The notes beneath the pieces are model-generated. The model was not told the DNA's origin. It saw only the letters and a list, made by a program, of their open reading frames with translations, and made no database searches. Made by a program: the position numbers and the translations under genes. This document shows, piece by piece, positions 18,505 to 27,510 of a DNA stretch of 64,000 bases. Origin of the DNA: Candidatus Limnocylindrales bacterium. Its GTDB lineage: Bacteria > Chloroflexota > Limnocylindria > Limnocylindrales > CSP1-4. The first letter of the stretch is position 1. Each line of letters starts with the position of its first letter. Location of the stretch: the NCBI GenBank assembly GCA_035720425.1, contig DASTOB010000119.1, forward strand, positions 24,494 to 88,493, in the 5' to 3' direction.

Positions 18505-18850
18505 CGGTCGTCGTCGCGGTTCATCGGTCCTTGTGGTGCTCCTCGTCCGCCGCGCGTTTCGGTCGGGCGCGCTTCGTACAGCAAACGCCCCGCTCGTCCA
18601 GCGGACGAACGGGGTCGTGGTACCACCTGCTGGTTCGGCTCCGGAATCCGTCGGTTCGTCGCCGATGGTCGGTCGGCTCGTCGCCGACGTCGTTCCGGGG
18701 CCCTCTCGGCGCGCTATCGGGCGCCGCCCGTCACGACTCGCTGGCGACCTTCGCGCCGGACCGCCCGCGCGGCTCGCACCGTCCCGCGCTCGCTCCGTGG
18801 CCGTTCCCGACGCTACTCTTCCGGGTCCTCGCCGTGAGGGCGGGAGTGTA
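18505..18850 (-). promoter_or_regulatory. T-box-like leader (with terminator hairpin) upstream of valS, plus a TGcTACACT extended -10
   Basis: On the minus strand: GGUGGUACCACG (plus 18616-18627), then the hairpin CCCCGUUCGUCC-GCU-GGACGAGCGGGG (plus 18588-18614) followed by CGUUUGCUGU. Upstream are AGAGUAG (18814-18820) and GGUGCGA (18774-18780), with GUC/GUG triplets at 18732-18748. TACACT lies at 18845-18850. Confidence 0.65.
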
Positions 18851-18952
18851 GCACGGGGCGGTGAGCGCAACGAGGAGCAGCTCGCCCGCGGACAGGGAGA
18901 CCGACGCGCGTGAACCCGAAGCGGGACAGGGCCGCGCGATCCGCTCAGCCGG

Positions 18953-20263
<1,311 letters not shown>

Positions 20264-20288
20264 GCCTTCGTCCGTCCCACCGTGCGGG

Positions 20289-20984
20289 TTATTCCTTCGC
20301 CTTCTTCGGGGCCGGAGCATCTCCCCCGACATCGCCCGCGTTCGTCACCGACGAGCCCTCGCCGCCGGTGAGGCCGGCGTCATGGGCCTGGGCGATGAGC
20401 GAGGCACCCGGCACCGAATAGACGGCGTCGATGATGCCATAGTCCTTCGCCTGCTCGGGAGACATGAAATAGTCCCGATCGGTGTCCTTGATCACCTTCT
20501 CGAGCGGCTGTCCCGTGTGGCGGGCCAGGATCTCGTGGTTGACCCGAACGAGGTGCTCCCACTCGCGCATCTGGATCATCGCGTCCGGCGCGTTGCCGCG
20601 GAAGCCGCCGGACCCCTGGTGGATCATGATCCGGCTGTTCGGCAGGCCGTAGCGCTTGCCAGGCGCGCCGGCCGCGAGCAGGACCGCCGCCATCGAGGCG
20701 GCCATGCCGATGCAGATCGTGCTCACCGGGGCGCGCAGGTACTGCATCGTGTCGTAGATCGCCAGCCCGGACGTGACCTGGCCGCCGGGCGAGTTGATGT
20801 ACAGGCTGATGTCCTTCTCCGGGTCCTCCGACTCGAGGAACAGGAGCTGGGCGATGACGAGATTGGCCAGGTGATCCTCGATCGCGTCGCCGAGGAAGAT
20901 GATCCGCTCCCGCAGCAGCCGGGAATAGATGTCGTAGGCGCGCTCCCCCCGGCTGGAGGACTCGATCACCATCGGTACGAGCAT
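20289..20984 (-). CDS. clpP: ATP-dependent Clp protease proteolytic subunit with a ~35-aa C-terminal extension
   Basis: [20 protein letters not shown], catalytic Ser (GMAASMAA), His (IMIHQ) and Asp (DTDRDYFMS). The tail ends ...[11 protein letters not shown]. Confidence 0.95.
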   Translation of the reverse strand: MLVPMVIESSSRGERAYDIYSRLLRERIIFLGDAIEDHLANLVIAQLLFLESEDPEKDISLYINSPGGQVTSGLAIYDTMQYLRAPVSTICIGMAASMAAVLLAAGAPGKRYGLPNSRIMIHQGSGGFRGNAPDAMIQMREWEHLVRVNHEILARHTGQPLEKVIKDTDRDYFMSPEQAKDYGIIDAVYSVPGASLIAQAHDAGLTGGEGSSVTNAGDVGGDAPAPKKAKE

Positions 20985-21023
20985 GTGGGTCTCCCTCGTC
21001 TGGGACGCTTTCGGGGCGTGGGA

Positions 21024-22451
21024 TCAGCCGGCGCGCTCGGCGACCGGCGCGTCGGGCTCGAGATCAGGATCGGTCGCGTCGATGGACGCGTTGGCCTGGG
21101 CGGTCGAGTCGTCCACCGCGGGTGACCCGCCTTCCTCCGCGTGCGGGATGGGCGGGTGGTCCGGGTGGGCGGCCAGCCAGTCATCGACCTGCTTCTCCAC
21201 GACCCGGCTCCGGCGCAACGTGCTGCGGATGTAATTGCGCCCGCGCTCCGAATCGAAGTAGCGCATCAGCTTGGGGTCGCTGCCGTAGCGTTCGCGCGCC
21301 CGGGCGACTTCCGCGTCGACGTCCGCATCGGAGATGGACAGCCCCTCGGCCTCGGCAATCTTCGTGAGGGTGAGGAGGACCTTGACCCGCTTTTCGGCGT
21401 TCGGCCGGAACTCTGCGTGGAGGTCCGCGTCGGTCTTCTCGACGACCTTGAGGTAGGCCTCCTCGCTGATGCCCTGGCGGGCGAGCGAGGAGCGCAGCTC
21501 GTCGTGGAGGACCTCCACCTCCTGGTCGACGAGGACGTCCGGCAGCTCGATCGTCGCGTTGGCGACCGCGTACTCGATGATCCGGTCGGCGAACTCGTGA
21601 CGGGCCCGGTCGAGCGCGTTCCGCTCGAGGCGCTCGCGGATCTCGACCCGCAGCGCCGCCAGGTCCGGGTACGCGCCCATCGAGCGGGCGAAGTCGTCGT
21701 CCGCGTCCGGCAGCACCTTCTCGCGCAGCTCGCGCAGGTCGACCTGGAAGTGGGCGACCTTCCCGGCGAGCGATTCGTCCGGATATTCGGCCGGGAAGGT
21801 GATGTCGAACTCCGTCGATTCGCCGACGCGCAGCCCCACGAGGTGATCCTCGAACCCGGGAACGAGCCGTTCCTCGCCGAGGATCAGGGGCATCCGTTCG
21901 GTGGTGCCGCCCTCGAACGGTTCGCCATCGCGCGTGCCGACGAAGCCGATCACGGCGTAGTCACCGCTCTGCGCGCCGCGGTCCTCGACCGGCGCGAGCG
22001 TCGCGTTCTGGTCACGCAACTCCTCGACGACCTTGTCGACCCGCGCGTCGTCGATGGTCTCGATCTCCGGCCGGAAGTTGAAGTTGCGGTAGTCGCCGAG
22101 CTGGACCTCCGGGCGGACGGGAACGGTCGCCGTGAACCGGAGCGGCTTGCCCTCCTCGGCCTGGACCACTTCGACGTCGGCGTTGGCGAGGGGCAGGATG
22201 CCCTGCTCGACGAGGGCCTCGCGATATGCGCGATCGACGAGGTGCTCGACGGCATCGTCGAGGACCGCGCCGGCGCCGAGAACGCGCTCGAGGACGGCGC
22301 GGGGCGCCTTGCCGGGCCGGAATCCGGGCACGCGGGTCCGGCGCGACAGGTGGCGCACGGACTCGTCGACGGCACGGGTGAGGCGCTCCGGCGGGAGCTC
22401 GATCTCGAGCTTGACGGTGCTCCGGGGAGCGGGGGTGGCGGTGACCTGCAT
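21024..22451 (-). CDS. tig: Trigger factor
   Basis: MQVTATPAPRSTVKLEIELP...VPGFRPGKAPRAVLE is the ribosome-binding signature, followed by a PPIase middle domain. ATG at 22451. The upstream 73 aa of the listed ORF are translated tandem repeat. Confidence 0.95.
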   Translation of the reverse strand: MQVTATPAPRSTVKLEIELPPERLTRAVDESVRHLSRRTRVPGFRPGKAPRAVLERVLGAGAVLDDAVEHLVDRAYREALVEQGILPLANADVEVVQAEEGKPLRFTATVPVRPEVQLGDYRNFNFRPEIETIDDARVDKVVEELRDQNATLAPVEDRGAQSGDYAVIGFVGTRDGEPFEGGTTERMPLILGEERLVPGFEDHLVGLRVGESTEFDITFPAEYPDESLAGKVAHFQVDLRELREKVLPDADDDFARSMGAYPDLAALRVEIRERLERNALDRARHEFADRIIEYAVANATIELPDVLVDQEVEVLHDELRSSLARQGISEEAYLKVVEKTDADLHAEFRPNAEKRVKVLLTLTKIAEAEGLSISDADVDAEVARARERYGSDPKLMRYFDSERGRNYIRSTLRRSRVVEKQVDDWLAAHPDHPPIPHAEEGGSPAVDDSTAQANASIDATDPDLEPDAPVAERAG

Positions 22452-22467
22452 TGCCCGCGAAGTATAC

Positions 22468-22585
22468 GGGCGAGGGCCGTCACGGGGGCGGGCGAGGGCC
22501 GGGCGGCCGGGCCTGCGACCGGGGGCGGGCGGGCGAGGGCCGGGCGGCCGGGCCTGCGACCGGGGGCGGGCGGGCGAACGGGCGT
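22468..22585. repeat. G-rich 41-nt tandem repeat (about 2.3 full units plus a shortened 22-nt unit) between tRNA-Leu and tig
   Basis: gggcgagggccgggcggccgggcctgcgaccgggggcgggc starts at 22490 and 22531, a partial unit at 22572, and a truncated unit at 22468. Confidence 0.9.
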
Positions 22586-22631
22586 CGGGGTCGCGGGCCG
22601 ACCGGGATCGGTCGACCGACGACTGCCCGAC

Positions 22632-22719
22632 TGGTAGGCGAGGTCGGGGTCGAACCGACACGCCGCTCACGCGGCACCGGCTCCTAAGGCCGGCGCGTCT
22701 GCCATTCCGCCACTCGCCC
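22632..22719 (-). tRNA. tRNA-Leu (anticodon UAG), long variable arm, CCA encoded
   Basis: Reverse complement reads GGGCGAGTGGCGGAATGGCAGACGCGCCGGCCTTAGGAGCCGGTGCCGCGTGAGCGGCGTGTCGGTTCGAACCCCGACCTCGCCTACCA. It shows the acceptor, D (GCGG..), anticodon loop CUUAGGA, and GGTTCGAA T-loop. Confidence 0.9.
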
Positions 22720-23044
22720 AGATCCGATGCTACACGAGGCTGCGGCTCGGTCGACCGTTTCGTCGTTCGCTCATGGGGTGACCGTTCGTCAGTCCGTTCG
22801 ACCCGGCTGTCGTCATTTGCGTCACCCGGTGACCGCCACGCGGGTGATCGTTGTCATGTGCTCGCGGAGTGAGCGTGTCGGCGGAATCGTTCACGCGCGC
22901 GCTCACTGCGCGAGAATGTGACGAAAGCTGGCGCCCACCAGCCTCCTGCCCACGCTCGCGCCCGCCTCGCCGTCGTCGACCAAATCCATTGTCACGTGAC
23001 GTACGCTCACCCCGCGAGCGTGTGACACATGGCGGCGCCCCACC

Positions 23045-23104
23045 GGGCGATGAACGGGTATCCATCGGGGCGATGAACGGGTATCCATCGGGGCGATGAA
23101 CCGG
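23045..23104. repeat. 23-nt tandem repeat gggcgatgaacgggtatccatcg (2 full units plus a partial) upstream of the nitrilase-family gene
   Basis: Units start at 23045, 23068 and 23091. Each contains the short inverted repeat cgatg...catcg. Confidence 0.9.
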
Positions 23105-23178
23105 AGCCGTCCGCCGCTCGGCGACTGACTCGGGCACTGCCGGGCATCGCGGATCGAGCCCGAATTACACTGCCCGGC

Positions 23179-24009
23179 ATGGCGACGATCCGGATCGCGG
23201 TGGCCTCGACGCCGCTGACGGCGAACCTCGACGAGGCCGTACCGGCGGCGATCGCCGCGATCCGCGAGGCCGGCGGGCTCGGCGCTCAGCTCGTCTGCCT
23301 GCCCGAGACGGCGCTGCCCGGCCACCGGAGCCAGGCGCGGCCCGTGCCGAACGTGACAGCGGCCGAGATGGACGAGGCGCTCCAGGCGGTCGCGGACGCG
23401 GCGCGGGACGCGCGCGTCGCCGCCGTCGTGGGGTTCGAGCGGCCCACCGAGGCCGGGCGCGAGATCGCCGCCGCCGTGTTCGCCGCGGACGGTCGACACC
23501 TCGGCACCCAGGCCAAGACCCAGATCGACCCGACCGAGGAACCGAACTACGTACCGGGCATCGGCCGGCGCACGTTCAGCGTCGACGGCGTCACGTTCGG
23601 GATCGCGATCTGCCACGAGGCGTTCCGCTACCCCGAGGTTGCCCGCTCGCTCGCGCTCGCCGGCGCGCAGGTCATCGTCGTGCCGCACTACGTCACGACG
23701 GACGACGGCTCGCTCCCGACGCGCTGGGGCGACCCGGCCAACCCGTACAACGAGAAGGCGCTCATGCTCCGCGCCCTCGAGAACACCGTCTTCGTTGCCG
23801 CGGCCAACGTCGCCGCGCCGGACCAGGGTTCGATCAGCGGGATCATCGATCCCGGCGGTCGGCTCGTCGCGAGCCTCGACTACGGCCGCGTCGGGGTCGT
23901 CGCGGCCGACCTCGACCTGGCGGCGGCGACCCGCCTCCTTGCCTTGCGCTGGGCCCCGGATCGGAACGTCACGGTGCAGGAGCCCTTCGCCGGCGGTGCG
24001 ATTGGCTAG
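23179..24009 (+). CDS. Carbon-nitrogen hydrolase (nitrilase superfamily)
   Basis: Glu in LVCLPET, Cys in GIAICHEAF, and overall CN-hydrolase layout. TACACT sits 7 nt upstream of the ATG, so the mRNA may be leaderless. Confidence 0.85.
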   Translation: MATIRIAVASTPLTANLDEAVPAAIAAIREAGGLGAQLVCLPETALPGHRSQARPVPNVTAAEMDEALQAVADAARDARVAAVVGFERPTEAGREIAAAVFAADGRHLGTQAKTQIDPTEEPNYVPGIGRRTFSVDGVTFGIAICHEAFRYPEVARSLALAGAQVIVVPHYVTTDDGSLPTRWGDPANPYNEKALMLRALENTVFVAAANVAAPDQGSISGIIDPGGRLVASLDYGRVGVVAADLDLAAATRLLALRWAPDRNVTVQEPFAGGAIG

Positions 24010-24563
24010 GAGGCCGAGGAGGAGTCCGTGTCGCGCCTTGCCTCACGGCGGGCGCGGATGCGGTCCATCGCCTCGCCGAACGACGATCCCTCCGGGCTGA
24101 ACAGCTCCTCGACGAGCCGGCGGCCGGCGCGCTCGGTGAGCGGCTTGGCGAGGTTCGACAGGAGCAGCGCGGTCACCGCCCCGAGATCGCGCTCGCGGCG
24201 CTCCGCGGCGTGCTCATCGAGGTACTTCGCGAACTCGCGCTCGAGCGTCGCCCGGACCGCGTCGCCGTCCGATCCCAGGCGGCGCAGGGCGCGGTCGACC
24301 TCCGTCGGGAGCATCGACTTCGGCAGGTCGGCGCCCGGTCCGCGGACCGCGCGTCGGACGCGCCGGAACAGCCGCTTCGGACCCCCGGCGACGAGGAAGG
24401 CGGCCCCGGCCGCGACCCCGGCCGTGCGGAGCGGGTCGCGCCGAATCTTGGCCGGGATGTCGACCGCGGAGCGGCCGGCCGCCTCGAGGCGCGCGACCTC
24501 GTCGACCAGGCCCTGCCGAGCGGCTAGGACTTCGGCCCGAGCGGCGTCTGTGCTCGCACCCAT
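24006..24563 (-). CDS. DUF3618-like protein (coiled N-terminus, one TM segment)
   Basis: Internal ATG of ORF 24006..25091: MGASTDAARAEVLAARQGLVDEVARLEAAGRSAVDIPAKIRRDPLRTAGVAAGAAFLVAGG. The upstream part of the ORF is shadow sequence. The start would overlap the upstream gene by 40 nt and is uncertain. Confidence 0.6.
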   Translation of the reverse strand: MGASTDAARAEVLAARQGLVDEVARLEAAGRSAVDIPAKIRRDPLRTAGVAAGAAFLVAGGPKRLFRRVRRAVRGPGADLPKSMLPTEVDRALRRLGSDGDAVRATLEREFAKYLDEHAAERRERDLGAVTALLLSNLAKPLTERAGRRLVEELFSPEGSSFGEAMDRIRARREARRDTDSSSAS

Positions 24564-25417
24564 TCGATCGTCTCCCTCGTCATGTCGATGGTCTGCCGCG
24601 GCGTGAACCGCGCCGCCAGCGCCTCGCCGTCGACGCCGCGACGCGACAGCGTCCAGCCGACGAGTGCCGGCCAGGCGATGAGCGCGACCGTCACGCCGAT
24701 TGCGGCGCCGACCTGCGGCCCGAACGTAATGGCGCTCATCGCCCCGACGCCGGCGCCGAGGATCGCCCCGCCAACGAGCCCGGCGACTGCGCCGCCCATG
24801 CCGCCGCGCGCCCCGAGCAGCACCCCGAGCAGCGCCCCCACGATCGCCATCACCGCCGTCCCGATCGCGAGCGGGCGGATCTCGCGGGCCAGGTTCGGCG
24901 CGATCTGCTCCCCAAGCGTCGCCCAGCCGCGGTTCGCGAGGTCGAGCCCCAGGAGGAGCCCCACGACGATCCCGAGCAGCACCGCCAGGCCGAAGTCGCG
25001 GGCGACCGCCCCGCCGCCGACCCCGAGGGCGACGACGACCGCCGCCACCGCCACGCCGACCAGCAGCACGGTTCCGTGGAGGATCCCCCACCCGAGCGAC
25101 CCGAAGAGCCAGTCGCCGAGGAACAGGAAGGTCCCGATCGGCAGCAGGAACCCGATGAGGATGAACGACCCGACCGCGACGAGGCCGAGAAGGGCCACCC
25201 GGCCGATCTCGCCCATGATCTCGCCCAACTCCGCGCGGGCGAGCCCGACGTGGGCCGCGACGAGTCGACGGCCGGCCGCGACGGTCGCCGCCAACTGGGC
25301 GCGCAGACCCGGCGGATCGTCGGTCGAATCCGCTCCGGGCGCGTCAAGGGTCGGCGGCAGGTCGTCCAGGGCTGGAACTCCGGCGCTGTGGGTCGTCGTG
25401 GGGAGCGCGCCGATCAT
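24524..25417 (-). CDS. Holin-X (phage holin family 3)-like membrane protein with an extended Gly-rich multi-TM C-terminus
   Basis: LVAAHVGLARAELGEIMGEIGRVALLGLVAVGSFILIGF matches the actinobacterial Holin-X pattern, followed by several GxxxG-rich helices. Confidence 0.65.
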   Translation of the reverse strand: MIGALPTTTHSAGVPALDDLPPTLDAPGADSTDDPPGLRAQLAATVAAGRRLVAAHVGLARAELGEIMGEIGRVALLGLVAVGSFILIGFLLPIGTFLFLGDWLFGSLGWGILHGTVLLVGVAVAAVVVALGVGGGAVARDFGLAVLLGIVVGLLLGLDLANRGWATLGEQIAPNLAREIRPLAIGTAVMAIVGALLGVLLGARGGMGGAVAGLVGGAILGAGVGAMSAITFGPQVGAAIGVTVALIAWPALVGWTLSRRGVDGEALAARFTPRQTIDMTRETIEWVRAQTPLGPKS

Positions 25418-25427
25418 ACCAGTGCCG

Positions 25428-26084
25428 TCAGGCGGCGCCGAGGAACGCCCTCAGGCCGAGACGATCCGCCACGTCGAAGAACCCGTAGGTCCGTCGGAAG
25501 GCGGGCTCGAGCGGCGGCACGATTCGCCCGGAGGCCATCTGCCACAGCTGGGCCTCGAGCTCCTGGAGCCGTTCCGCCAGTTCCGCGGGTCCGCGCGGCG
25601 TCGGAATGTCGGCGTACGTGCGCCGGCCCAGCCGGAACCGCACGGCCTCGTCCGGCGCGCGGGGAATGAGCGCGAGCACCACCCGCGCGTGACCAAGTGC
25701 GGCGAGGTGCCACGGCTCTGCCCGGAGCAGCGCCGGTCGCCGTCGATCGGTCCCCGCCCGGTCCGCGACGGCACGCTCGAGCGCCGCCTCGAGATCGGCG
25801 GCGCGTCGCTCCGCCGCCGACTCCGGAGGGCCGACCCGGAGCGCGGCAACCTGTCGGATGAGGTACTGGAGCTCATCGACTCCCGCGGCGTCGGAGCGGA
25901 GCCAGCCCTGGAAACCGGACTGGATCCCCTCGAGGTGGGGCAGCGTGCGCTCCTCGAGGAACGCGGCCCCGCCGTCCGGCAGGCCGCCCCCGTCGACCAC
26001 CGCGTCGAGCAGCTCGCGGGTGATGCGGACGAGCTCAAGCAGCCGATCGATCTCGGTGAAGCCACTCCGTTCGAAGTCGTCCAT
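25428..26084 (-). CDS. Hypothetical protein (218 aa)
   Basis: Internal ATG of ORF 25428..27350: MDDFERSGFTEIDRLLELVRITRELLDAVV... has normal composition, while the upstream 420 aa are Arg/Ser/Ala shadow antisense to cinA. No family recognised. Confidence 0.55.
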   Translation of the reverse strand: MDDFERSGFTEIDRLLELVRITRELLDAVVDGGGLPDGGAAFLEERTLPHLEGIQSGFQGWLRSDAAGVDELQYLIRQVAALRVGPPESAAERRAADLEAALERAVADRAGTDRRRPALLRAEPWHLAALGHARVVLALIPRAPDEAVRFRLGRRTYADIPTPRGPAELAERLQELEAQLWQMASGRIVPPLEPAFRRTYGFFDVADRLGLRAFLGAA

Positions 26085-26259
26085 CGCCAGCCTCGTTGGA
26101 GCCCGGCCACCCGGGCCGCGTGTCGCCTCCGTCCAGCGTGCGCCCCCCGATCGTGTCCGTCCCCCGGTCCGATCGGGCCTTCCGGTCTGTCCCGATGGTA
26201 CCGGCCGGAGGTGACAGCGGTACGTCGCCCGGCGCACGTCGTGCGCTACCCTGCATCGC

Positions 26260-27510
26260 ATGCCGCGCCGGTTGCTCACCGCCGAGATCCTGTCCGTGGG
26301 CTCGGAGCTGACCGTCGGCGAGACGCGCGACACGAATGCCGCAGAGCTCGCCGCGGCCCTCACGGCGGCCGGCGTTCGGGTCAACCGGATCACCGCCCTG
26401 CCGGACGAGTTCGGCACGGTCCGCGAAGCGTTCACCGCCGGCGTCGCGCGGAGCGACCTCGTCATCTCGACCGGCGGCCTGGGCCCCACGCCGGATGACC
26501 TGACCCGCGAGGCGATCGCCGCCGCCGTCGGCGAGACCCCGGCCGTCGATCCTGGGCTCGAGCGATGGCTGCGCGACCTGTGGAAGCGCCGCGGCGTGCC
26601 GTTCCCCGAGTTGAACCTCAAGCAGGCGTGGCTGATCCCGAGCGCGATCGCTCTGCCGAACCCGAACGGGACGGCTCCCGGCTGGTGGGTCGACGTGCCG
26701 GGCGACCGGGTCGTCCTCGCGCTGCCCGGCCCGCCCCGCGAGATGCGGCCGATGTGGCACGACGAGGCAATGCCGCGTCTGCGCCGGCACGGCATCGGGG
26801 AGCCGGTCGTCATTCGCACGCTGCGCCTGACGGGCATCGGCGAGTCACAGGTCGCGGACCTGCTCGGCGAGACGCTCCTTCGGGCCCCGAACCCGGTCGT
26901 CGCGACGTACGCTCGTGCCGACGCGGTCGACGTGCGGATCTCCGCCACGGCTCCGACGGCGGACGGCGGAACGGCCGACCCGCGGGCCGACGGACTCCGG
27001 GCCGCATCGGCCCTCGCCGACGCAGCGGAGGAACGCGTCCTCCAGGCGGTCGGCCGGCACGTCTGGGCTCGCGGCTCCATCGGCTGGTCGGATGCGATCG
27101 GCGCGGCCCTCGAGACCGCGGGCTGGTCGATGGCCGTCGCGGAACACGGCACCGGTGGTTCCCTGGCGGCGCTCCTCGGCGACGTCGCCTGGCTGCGTAT
27201 CGCGGAGCGGCGCGCCGATCCGCTCGCCCGCACGGCCGACGTCGAGCGGGCCGCCGCGAGCATCCGCGAGCGCGGCGGGGCCGACGTCGGGGTGGCCATG
27301 TCCGCACGACCGCGTGGCCGCGACACGGCCGTGTCCGTCGTCGTCGTCATGCCGGCCGCGTCGCACCGGGAGCGGCGGGTCGCGTTCCTCGGCGGGAACC
27401 TCGGCCGTCAGCGTGCGGCGCTCGCAGCGGCCGACGTGATCCTGACGACGCTCAGAGGCGGAAATCGGTCGCTCGAGGCGGTCGGTGCGCTACCATCGGA
27501 CGGCCGATGA
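26260..27510 (+). CDS. cinA: CinA-family protein (MoCF-biosynthesis domain plus CinA/PncC domain)
   Basis: AEILSVGSELTVGETRDTNAAELAAAL...VISTGGLGPTPDDLTREA, then NPNGTAPGWWV, then C-terminal AEHGTGG. TACCCT sits 7 nt upstream of the ATG. Confidence 0.85.
   Translation: MPRRLLTAEILSVGSELTVGETRDTNAAELAAALTAAGVRVNRITALPDEFGTVREAFTAGVARSDLVISTGGLGPTPDDLTREAIAAAVGETPAVDPGLERWLRDLWKRRGVPFPELNLKQAWLIPSAIALPNPNGTAPGWWVDVPGDRVVLALPGPPREMRPMWHDEAMPRLRRHGIGEPVVIRTLRLTGIGESQVADLLGETLLRAPNPVVATYARADAVDVRISATAPTADGGTADPRADGLRAASALADAAEERVLQAVGRHVWARGSIGWSDAIGAALETAGWSMAVAEHGTGGSLAALLGDVAWLRIAERRADPLARTADVERAAASIRERGGADVGVAMSARPRGRDTAVSVVVVMPAASHRERRVAFLGGNLGRQRAALAAADVILTTLRGGNRSLEAVGALPSDGR

Noticed and set aside
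22468-23104. CRISPR array, prompted by the two tandem-repeat blocks.
   Set aside because: The repeats are directly adjacent with no spacers, there are only 2-3 copies, and there are no cas genes in the window.
22632-23178. An integrative element or att site at tRNA-Leu.
   Set aside because: There is no integrase, excision or phage gene. I found no second copy of the tRNA 3' end in the window. The DNA 3' of the tRNA is core (tig-clpP-clpX). The odd region lies on the 5' (promoter) side of the tRNA.
24524-25417. The holin-family gene as evidence of a prophage or lysis cassette.
   Set aside because: There is no endolysin, spanin or structural phage gene nearby. The neighbours are chromosomal housekeeping genes.
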